Origin: a virus
Lineage: Duplodnaviria > Caudoviricetes
IMG/VR virus record: IMGVR_UViG_3300000968_000002
Location: 5,344-69,343 of that record
Strand: one strand, 5' to 3'
DNA: 64,000 nt
The notes beneath the pieces were generated by a model. That model was not told the origin of the DNA, ran no database searches, and saw only the letters and a program-made list of their open reading frames with translations. The position numbers were made by a program, and so were the translations under genes. Of this stretch, positions 55,068-62,682 are shown in pieces; the first letter of the stretch is position 1, and each line of letters starts with the position of its first letter.

Positions 55068-55106
55068 AAAAAGAAAAAGCCCGTCCCATTGCAGCGGTGA
55101 CGGGCT
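55068..55106 (-). terminator. Rho-independent terminator after terL
   Basis: AGCCCGTC/GACGGGCT stem plus T-rich run. Confidence 0.75.
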
Positions 55107-55273
55107 CCCCTATCGATTTATTGTTTCCCCGATAAGGCTTTGCGCGAGGGCTGGCGGCGTATTCCGCTGCGCCTCTCTCTGTATTCCGTGCTCGCTGGAA
55201 AGATACATTTGCCAATCTCAATGCCGATACGCTACACGACAACAGCAAGCCAAATTTCGTTAGATTAATCCTC

Positions 55274-56944
55274 TTAAAACGTCAAGCCAGACGTCGGATC
55301 GTCCGGGTTTTCTTTTGCTTTCTTCTTTGCGTCTCGTTCCTCTTTAGGTGCAAAAGCACTTACATCGTCAAGGCTTGGATCGCTATTCCCCTCGAAAAGC
55401 TCAATATCCACAGGTCCGCTTGTCATAGTGGGGCGTATTCGCAAGACCTCGGAGAACATCCGGGAGGTCGCATCGACCTGATCCATAAACTTGCCGCGCG
55501 GGAAGGTCTTGAGCTCTGCAATGAACTCCTTATTCCACGGCGCGCGCAAAATCCTAATGCGGCCGACATTGCAATGCGCCGCGAGAGGGAGTGCGCGGTC
55601 CTCCTTGGAGCTTTCCTCCCGGGAAAAGCGATAGTCATATCCGATCATCTGCCGGGAAAGCTTATCAACCTGGCTCAAACCCGCAGATCCCGGGTCTTGT
55701 GGTAGCGACTGCCTAACCGTGTGACCATCCGTCTTTACCGTCGCAATGATCTTTTGTTCAGCGTCATAGATTTTCTCTCTCCAGCGCCTTACGTCGGTGA
55801 TATAGAGGATATCGTCTTTCCATAATCCGCCGCGCACGCCAGCCGTATAGGGAGAGGTTTTCTTCTTGGAGCCCGCGATATCCCAGCCCCGGCATTGCTT
55901 AAGCCCGTCCGGGACGCTATCCACGATCTCGATATGCCCGACCTTGAACATACCACCGCCCTTGGGAGCGGGTCTTTGTTGCATCTGGCCCGCGACGGCA
56001 TACTCGCCTCCAAAACTCATCATCCCGCGCTCAAGGCTGTCGACGGACTTCTCAGGGAAACGGTCCTCAAAGAGGAGTTCCCCTTCCTCGGTGCGAGGAT
56101 CGACAAATCCGATTGCATTAGGCTCGGGAGGCTCGGGCTCAAGCTCAACGCCATTGACCATCACGGGCTCGGGATGCTCAAACCGCATAGGCAGGATCAA
56201 GGAGACCCAATCCCCTCCGAGGGTTTCTTCGATATGTCCGCTCACATCAGCTTCGTGGATTCGCTGCATGATAAGCACACGTTTTGCGGTTTCAGGGTCT
56301 TGCACTCGATTATATAGCTCATTCGTAAACCACTCGACCGTCGCTAGCCGGTCTGCCTCGGATTCCGCGCCTTGGACAGAGTGAGGGTCATCGATAATAA
56401 TCCGATCACCACGATAGCCGGTTACGCCGCCTCTGGCGCCAACGCAGAACCGGAAGCCCGTCGCGTCCGTGTGATATTCGGACTGCGTGTCCTTTTCCAA
56501 TCGAGAGAGCGAGAAGCGATCGCCAAACATCTCGCGATAGCGTGTTGATCGGATAAGACGCCGAGCCTTCATGTTATCCCGGGTCGCGAGGCCTTCCTTG
56601 TATGACGTCAAGATATACCGGAGGTGAGGCATATTGCGCGGCCCCCACTCCCAAGAGGGCCAGAATACCGCCGTCAGCATCGATTTCATCATCCCGGGCG
56701 GGACGTTCATCTTGAGATTGTCGATCTGATTGTTTGAGACAGCCTCGAGATGCTCGCACATCGCGTCTAAGGCCCATCCCCACTTGAGCTTAACGACAGG
56801 CTCGAGAACCGGCCAGAACGTGCGGCAGAAGTCCGCTAGGTGATCTTGGCAGAGAGACTTCTCGAGGATAGCCCGCAGGCGCTTTGGATTTTGAGCCCCA
56901 AAGTCGATTATGGCCTTTTGTGTGATTAGGTCCGCTGCCTGCAT
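55274..56944 (-). CDS. terL: Terminase large subunit
   Basis: NVPPGMMKS Walker A, IIIDDP Walker B, IMQRIHEAD, YAVAGQMQQRP, WDIA, MDQVDA nuclease motifs. Confidence 0.95.
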   Translation of the reverse strand: MQAADLITQKAIIDFGAQNPKRLRAILEKSLCQDHLADFCRTFWPVLEPVVKLKWGWALDAMCEHLEAVSNNQIDNLKMNVPPGMMKSMLTAVFWPSWEWGPRNMPHLRYILTSYKEGLATRDNMKARRLIRSTRYREMFGDRFSLSRLEKDTQSEYHTDATGFRFCVGARGGVTGYRGDRIIIDDPHSVQGAESEADRLATVEWFTNELYNRVQDPETAKRVLIMQRIHEADVSGHIEETLGGDWVSLILPMRFEHPEPVMVNGVELEPEPPEPNAIGFVDPRTEEGELLFEDRFPEKSVDSLERGMMSFGGEYAVAGQMQQRPAPKGGGMFKVGHIEIVDSVPDGLKQCRGWDIAGSKKKTSPYTAGVRGGLWKDDILYITDVRRWREKIYDAEQKIIATVKTDGHTVRQSLPQDPGSAGLSQVDKLSRQMIGYDYRFSREESSKEDRALPLAAHCNVGRIRILRAPWNKEFIAELKTFPRGKFMDQVDATSRMFSEVLRIRPTMTSGPVDIELFEGNSDPSLDDVSAFAPKEERDAKKKAKENPDDPTSGLTF

Positions 56945-56985
56945 TCCCTTGAGTTATGCCGAAAAAGGGAAAACCGCAAGGTGCT

Positions 56986-57240
56986 CTATATTCCGGCATC
57001 TCGCTCGAAAACCGTTTGTGCGATCTTATCAAACTCCGTGGAGACCGCTTTGACGTGGTTTCGGTAATCCCGATCGTTCATATTAGGGTTGTCTCTCAAG
57101 ACCCTTTCAAGGCGTCTCGCCTCGGTCTTGTCCTCGCGGTTTGCGAGTTTCCAATGTGGCCCGCAGATATACAGCAGCCAATCCTTTCGGCTCCGTCTCG
57201 AGCATCCAAAGACGAGACACTCCGTCCCTTTGTCACTCAC
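56986..57240 (-). CDS. Hypothetical Cys-containing protein
   Basis: CLVFGC..ICGPHW. Confidence 0.5.
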   Translation of the reverse strand: MSDKGTECLVFGCSRRSRKDWLLYICGPHWKLANREDKTEARRLERVLRDNPNMNDRDYRNHVKAVSTEFDKIAQTVFERDAGI

Positions 57241-57509
57241 TCAAAAACCTCTATCGGGAGGAAGGCTCTGCTGACTACTTCGTCTCTTAAAGGAAAAAGC
57301 TCCCGAATAAATCGTGGCAAGGTGTCGTGCATCGCGATAACAAGGCGTGCCTTATATGCGCTAACAAGGGCGAACTGAAAGTGTGTTGTAGCAGGAACGA
57401 CCGCCCGGAACTTAAAGTCATGCACCAAGACGGGCGAATAATACCGCTTAATGATATCATCGATGATCGCCTCTCGGAGATACTCGTCTGCGGTCAAATT
57501 ACTCTGCAT
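57237..57509 (-). CDS. Hypothetical protein
   Basis: Coupled ORF. Confidence 0.5.
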   Translation of the reverse strand: MQSNLTADEYLREAIIDDIIKRYYSPVLVHDFKFRAVVPATTHFQFALVSAYKARLVIAMHDTLPRFIRELFPLRDEVVSRAFLPIEVFE

Positions 57510-57948
57510 CGGGATTATCCACTATCACAACCACGGGTTTTTTGTCGTTAAGGCCTCGGATTGAACCACCGCTCGCAAGTGTGACCGGAATCCCAAACTT
57601 AGCGGAAACCTCCTCTTGCAGCTTTTTATGAGCCTGATTGATAACCATCTCACCCCTTGAGAGGATAGGCGCATAACCTTTGTCTATGATGAGGCCGCCG
57701 ATCAATCGGTCCCGTCTTTCATCCCACGGTCCATAAGTGATCTCAACGTCGCTCGGTGTGTTGATATATAGACCCTTGATAGATCGTCGCGGGCTAACCC
57801 GATTGATTACATCATCAAGGCGTACTCCCTGCAGGCCAAGGTTCTCAGCAGTAGCAAAGTTTAACGGGTGTCCTGTTATGACAACCTCTCTTTTTATATT
57901 CGTGACTACTGACGGGCGAGGCTCTCGCGTAGCTTTAATTCTGTTCAT
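57499..57948 (-). CDS. Hypothetical protein
   Basis: GAGGAG RBS before ATG 57948. Confidence 0.5.
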   Translation of the reverse strand: MNRIKATREPRPSVVTNIKREVVITGHPLNFATAENLGLQGVRLDDVINRVSPRRSIKGLYINTPSDVEITYGPWDERRDRLIGGLIIDKGYAPILSRGEMVINQAHKKLQEEVSAKFGIPVTLASGGSIRGLNDKKPVVVIVDNPDAE

Positions 57949-58111
57949 CGCGCAGCTCCTCGACCTTTTCATCAAAAGAGACCTTGATCTCTGCCAGAAA
58001 CTCGATCGTCCTCTCGGTCTCAAGGATAGCAAAGAGAAAAGAAACCAAAACAATAATGCCGAGCATATCCCAAAAAAAACTACTCCCGCTGCGATTGCTT
58101 AGATTACTCAT
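57935..58111 (-). CDS. Small single-TM protein
   Basis: FFWDMLGIIVLVSFLFAIL; GAGGT RBS. Confidence 0.5.
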   Translation of the reverse strand: MSNLSNRSGSSFFWDMLGIIVLVSFLFAILETERTIEFLAEIKVSFDEKVEELRDEQN

Positions 58112-58715
58112 CGACCTCACCTCCGCTCTCCTCAGCATCGAGAGCTGCAACAAGACGACGCTTCCGATCGGAGTCCATCGTCGCGACCTCCTCGGGCGAT
58201 AGGTCCTTGACATCCTTAACGACCTCCGTCCTGCCTTCAAACTCGTGCTTGTCTTTCCAGCTATCGGGATTGAGGTTTTTAAGCATAAACTTGAGCGCTG
58301 TGACGTTCCCGGGAAGCTTCCCTGATGCGGTTTGACGCATAACGCTGACGGTCCAAGCCTCGCTAAGTTCCTTTGCACAAGCCATTGCGGCCAAGAACTC
58401 GGGGTTTTGCACTCCCCAATTTGTGAGCGTTTGACGCGCCTGCTTTAGCCGCGCAGCTATTTCATATTTGTGAAACCCTTGAAATCCAAGGAAAACCGCC
58501 ACGAGACAGAACGCCGGATGATATCCTGACCGCCTTCCGTCACCCCCGTATTCCGGGACCGCAGAAAAATCGATATCTTTGAGGAAATCCCATCCGTCAT
58601 CCTGCAGGAACCACTCTCTTGCGTCCCGCACGAGATCGCGCACTGATCGAGGCTTGCTCTCGAGGTTCCGCTCTCCCCCTTTAGGTGTCTTTTTCTTTCG
58701 GCTTAAGGCTGGCAT
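58104..58715 (-). CDS. terS: Terminase small subunit
   Basis: YHPAFC, EIAARL..TLTNW..NPEF, ALKFMLKN..PDSWKDK; upstream of terL. Confidence 0.8.
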   Translation of the reverse strand: MPALSRKKKTPKGGERNLESKPRSVRDLVRDAREWFLQDDGWDFLKDIDFSAVPEYGGDGRRSGYHPAFCLVAVFLGFQGFHKYEIAARLKQARQTLTNWGVQNPEFLAAMACAKELSEAWTVSVMRQTASGKLPGNVTALKFMLKNLNPDSWKDKHEFEGRTEVVKDVKDLSPEEVATMDSDRKRRLVAALDAEESGGEVDE

Positions 58716-58784
58716 GTGATCTCCTTGGGTTAAGTGACCGTTATCTTATATTTTCGGGATTGGCAATCTTGCCCAGCTTTATCA

Positions 58785-59603
58785 TCACTCGAACAGGTCC
58801 CTTTCCGGCATGGAATTTGCGGCCGCTTGATTGAGCCAGATACACTCGACCGTTGGTTTTGCCGCATCTCCATACGCCTTGCGATCTATGCGCTTCCAGT
58901 CAGAGAACAGATCGTCATACAGATCGGACGAGTAACCAGACAGGATCACCATGCCCTTGAGCCCCTTTAGTGTCCGGGCAAGGACTTCGTGATCCTCCCC
59001 CTTATCCATATCATTTGCGTAAGTGCCGGTTTTGCTCCGGGTTGATCTTAAATAAGGAGGATCGACATAATGAAGCGTATCGACGCCATCAAAATGCAGA
59101 ATAACCTCGATCGCATCTCTGTTCTCGATCACCGGTCCTATCATTCTTTCAGACAAAGCCTGTATTCTGTCCGGATATCTCGACCAGTCCGCAGCAGGCG
59201 TGCTCCCTGATCGATTGCTGTCCCGGCGAAATCCCGTAACTCGACCGATGCTGTCCGCCCCTCTCCCCATAAAGGACCTGACAACAAGTCGACGGGCTGC
59301 CTCAAGGGGATCGGGGCTTTTTGTATAGGACTGCTCAAACTCAACCCGACTAAACGGCGTCTGCCTCAACACTCTCTCGAGTTCGTCAGGCGATTCCCTC
59401 AATATCTTGAAGAACGAGACGACCTCAAGATTGAGATCATTATACACCTCTGCATAACTTCTCGGCTTTCTAAGCAATACGGACGCGCCACCGCCATAGG
59501 GCTCGACATAAACACGGTGTTTTGGAAAATGTGATATCAGCCAGGGAGCAAGCATCCACTTCCCTCCGTAATACCTAAGTGCCATTTTTACCTTATCTGC
59601 CAT
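58785..59603 (-). CDS. Dam-like (D12 class) N6-adenine DNA methyltransferase
   Basis: YYGGKW, YVEPYGGGASV, EVYNDL, YVDPPY. Confidence 0.93.
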   Translation of the reverse strand: MADKVKMALRYYGGKWMLAPWLISHFPKHRVYVEPYGGGASVLLRKPRSYAEVYNDLNLEVVSFFKILRESPDELERVLRQTPFSRVEFEQSYTKSPDPLEAARRLVVRSFMGRGADSIGRVTGFRRDSNRSGSTPAADWSRYPDRIQALSERMIGPVIENRDAIEVILHFDGVDTLHYVDPPYLRSTRSKTGTYANDMDKGEDHEVLARTLKGLKGMVILSGYSSDLYDDLFSDWKRIDRKAYGDAAKPTVECIWLNQAAANSMPERDLFE

Positions 59604-59604
59604 A

Positions 59605-59871
59605 TTAACCGAATATCTCCACCCGTATCGAGAAGTGAGGCAGTCCGTCGATATAGGTCACGGTCACGCCTTCAAATTCATGCGCTCGACTGGCTAACTC
59701 CTTGAGGTGATCCTTTGCTTGATTGATAATAAGCCGATTCACCGTTCCCCGGGTTAGCCACGCAAGCGTCCATCGATATCGGTGAAGCGTTTCCTCGTTC
59801 TGATCTATACGCCGGTGAAGGTGCTGAGCGTAATCGAGTATTAGCTTTTCAGGGTAAATCACAGCATCCAA
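59605..59871 (-). CDS. Hypothetical protein
   Basis: Coupled ORF. Confidence 0.5.
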   Translation of the reverse strand: MDAVIYPEKLILDYAQHLHRRIDQNEETLHRYRWTLAWLTRGTVNRLIINQAKDHLKELASRAHEFEGVTVTYIDGLPHFSIRVEIFG

Positions 59872-60374
59872 ACGGGGCTAATAGGGCCCTCAAACACGAC
59901 AAGGCTCTCGGGCTCCGAAAGCGCGGTGAATACATAATTCTGAACCCACTCCTTGAGCCTCTTGTCTCGCTTAACATCCGGGCGGATTACCACGAGAGAA
60001 AAACGATGGCCCGCGAGCATACCTCCGGGATTAAGATACATCTGCGTTTCCGTGCGCTCGGGCCTTGGCATATTGGTGACGATTAAGATCATCCCTCTAT
60101 CCCTCAACACTTTTTCTAAGCGTGATCGCGTGCCGACGCATAAGCTTGTGAAAAAACGACCAGACTCCACTTGAGCCTTGGTAGCGTCTTTCTTGGAAAC
60201 GACCGCAACCGCACGAGCGTGCTCTCTCGAAAGATAATCAATTGCGTTCATAAGGCCAATCAGAACAATATCGGGATCGCCTTCCGATCTAACCTTAAGG
60301 CCTGTGATGTATTTCTTGATTAGAGCGTCCTCGTTTTCAGCAAATTCTTTCAGCTCTTTTCCATTCAACTCCAT
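59859..60374 (-). CDS. Hypothetical protein
   Basis: Coupled ORF (TAATG overlap). Confidence 0.55.
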   Translation of the reverse strand: MELNGKELKEFAENEDALIKKYITGLKVRSEGDPDIVLIGLMNAIDYLSREHARAVAVVSKKDATKAQVESGRFFTSLCVGTRSRLEKVLRDRGMILIVTNMPRPERTETQMYLNPGGMLAGHRFSLVVIRPDVKRDKRLKEWVQNYVFTALSEPESLVVFEGPISPVWML

Positions 60375-61186
60375 TAGAGATTCCTTCCCATAACTACGTC
60401 GCTAACGCGGTCGAGGAACTTGCGCTCAATTTTGGCCTGATGCCTTTCCGCCTGCTTCGGCGCAGAAAAAGGAGAGTTCATCTTTATACTGACGTCAGCA
60501 TATCCGTCCTGCAGATCGTTCCACGCCTCCTCAATAAGGGCGAACTTGTTGACCTTAAACTCTGGAGGGTCGAGATAGGTCATCTTGCACTCATGGAGTA
60601 AATCCTCCCGGGATTGGTGCGTAAATAGCTCGCCAATTTCCGCCATAGCGTAAATGATTGCATTCTGAACAAACGCCGGGCTGTGCTCGGTCAGGCTCTC
60701 GTTTTGTTTGATAAGTCCGTCCCGTTCAAACCGGAGCTCCTCGAACTCGCGCCAGACGCTAAACACGCTCTTGCCCTTACCAAAGTGCATAGTGACGAGC
60801 TTCTCCATCTGCGCAAGCCTATACCCGCGATAATACATCTCCTCGTCGTCTGCGCTAGATTGCTCGATATGCTCATCGAGAGCCCGGATCATATCAATCA
60901 TGGCCTCACGCCCTCCAAAGGAGCAAGACGTGGGCTCTCCATCCATTTTGCCAAAGTGACGGAGGGCATCCTCTTTGGTTTTACAGACCTCACCGCAATG
61001 AAAACAGGCCCACGGACCGAGCTCCCCCATACTGTTGCGTGGATCATACTCAAGCCCGCAGGTCTCCGAGTGAGCGAGCATGATGGCTTCTTTTTGCTTT
61101 AACTCTGCCTCGAGGCTCTCAACGTAATCCCGAGTTGTGTCGGGCCATTCCCCGCGCTCAACGTCAGACGGCTCTATGATATCCAT
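60374..61186 (-). CDS. Hypothetical protein with C2H2-like motif
   Basis: CFHCGEVC..ALRHFG; TAATG overlap with HIRAN gene. Confidence 0.55.
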   Translation of the reverse strand: MDIIEPSDVERGEWPDTTRDYVESLEAELKQKEAIMLAHSETCGLEYDPRNSMGELGPWACFHCGEVCKTKEDALRHFGKMDGEPTSCSFGGREAMIDMIRALDEHIEQSSADDEEMYYRGYRLAQMEKLVTMHFGKGKSVFSVWREFEELRFERDGLIKQNESLTEHSPAFVQNAIIYAMAEIGELFTHQSREDLLHECKMTYLDPPEFKVNKFALIEEAWNDLQDGYADVSIKMNSPFSAPKQAERHQAKIERKFLDRVSDVVMGRNL

Positions 61187-61593
61187 TATGCGACCTCCTC
61201 GGGCTGTAAAACTTTGGTTTTCTTTCGCTTGAGCATGTTTGTAAGTGCGGCGCACTCATCGGCTTCTTGCTCGGCTTTTCGAATAGGATCAAACGTCATG
61301 CTTTTGAAAACGCCCTCATCTCGGCGCACCTTCCCATCGATCCAAACCGAAAACATCTCGCCTTCATCGATATAGGCCGCGAGCGAGGCAGATTGAATCC
61401 TCTCAACAAATCCGATAAATGTTCCATCAACCGTCAAAATTCGGATTGCTGCTCCGTCATAAGGATTCGATGGCTCGCGCTCATAAAGTAAAGGGGAGCC
61501 TGATTTGAGAGCTGCCGCAGCCGCTTGAGCTGCCTCCGGACGAAACCCGACGCCCCTTAAAGCAACGCCTTTAAATGTGGGGATTTTTGTCAT
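61186..61593 (-). CDS. HIRAN domain protein
   Basis: LRGVGFR, L.YEREPSNPYDGAAIRI, IGFV. Confidence 0.85.
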   Translation of the reverse strand: MTKIPTFKGVALRGVGFRPEAAQAAAAALKSGSPLLYEREPSNPYDGAAIRILTVDGTFIGFVERIQSASLAAYIDEGEMFSVWIDGKVRRDEGVFKSMTFDPIRKAEQEADECAALTNMLKRKKTKVLQPEEVA

Positions 61594-61771
61594 CTTGTCC
61601 TCAATTATTGCAAGCGGGCTTTATCCTGTAAGGTCTGTGGGACGGACCTCGGGATTATAAACATTCAGGACAAAGCCCGCTCTAATACGCCTTTCTCTTG
61701 CGTTTCCCGGTTTCCGAGATTAGCGCATATTCTGTATTCGCAACGATCGGTAAAAAGTGAACCCACCCGAC

Positions 61772-61799
61772 CGTCAAGGGTTTTCTTTATTTTTCGGGA
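61772..61799 (-). promoter_or_regulatory. Dyad box plus TTGACG promoter upstream of HIRAN operon
   Basis: TCCCGAAAAATAAAGA-N6-TTGACG-N12-CAC. Confidence 0.65.
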
Positions 61800-62378
61800 T
61801 TATCCCGTGATATCCTTTATGGCCTGATCTCTCGCGGCGTTGATTTCCGCCATCGCTTCCGTCGTTCCTCCCGCATCCGGGTGCGCTTTCTTGGCGAGCT
61901 CCTTGGCTTTAGCCTTGACCTGATCCACCCTCGCGCTCCTCGGAAGGCCAAGAACCTCGCTCCAGTGACGGTGGCTAGATGGCGCCGGGAGGGCTTTAAA
62001 GCCTTCAAAAGACGCACGGACGATTTCAATCCCCCCGTGACGCATTTCCGTCCGCCGGGCCTCAAGAATATGGTGGATGGCTTGTAGATTGCATTGCAGC
62101 TTGGAATATCGATCGACCGCAATACAAACCTGGCGCTCATCCCAATGGAAATACACCGCGACACCGGGATCTGTCGGGCTATTCACGCCGAGCGTTACGT
62201 TTGAGCTAATAACAACGTGCGTTACCTTCTTGTTGGTGTCCCGACCGAACATCTCGAGGCTTTTTCTCACGTTCTTGATCGCGACCGGGAGCCCGGTCTT
62301 AAATTGCGAGCCCATAGGTCTCGAGGCTCTTTTTCGCCCGTAAGGCCAAGTGAGCGGATAGGCTGTAGGTTCAGACAT
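61800..62378 (-). CDS. J-domain (DnaJ-like) phage protein
   Basis: C-terminal WSEVLGL..KELAKKAHPDAGG..AMAEINAA with HPD motif. Confidence 0.9.
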   Translation of the reverse strand: MSEPTAYPLTWPYGRKRASRPMGSQFKTGLPVAIKNVRKSLEMFGRDTNKKVTHVVISSNVTLGVNSPTDPGVAVYFHWDERQVCIAVDRYSKLQCNLQAIHHILEARRTEMRHGGIEIVRASFEGFKALPAPSSHRHWSEVLGLPRSARVDQVKAKAKELAKKAHPDAGGTTEAMAEINAARDQAIKDITG

Positions 62379-62556
62379 GGTTGTCCCCTTGTTCTATAAC
62401 TTCATGGTGTCCGGCTTTGCACTTCTTGCAGGTCTCTCCAATGGCCCGGACGGGCTCCATGCAGAGGCATTCAAAATGAGTTCCAAATCCCTTAGAGCAG
62501 GCACAGCCGATAAAGATATCGGCTTTCGATATCGGCTCAATCGCGCTCATCTTCAT
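62371..62556 (-). CDS. Small Cys-rich protein
   Basis: CAC, CLC, CKKC. Confidence 0.45.
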   Translation of the reverse strand: MKMSAIEPISKADIFIGCACSKGFGTHFECLCMEPVRAIGETCKKCKAGHHEVIEQGDNHV

Positions 62557-62682
62557 CTCGCTTTGCAGTATTTAAGTTTTTAGGAAAGTCCTTGATGATG
62601 AAATATATCAACACGGACATGGCGACAAAAAACAACAAAGCAAATACTGATGGCCACGTCGGATCGGTTAGGCAATTTTCCA

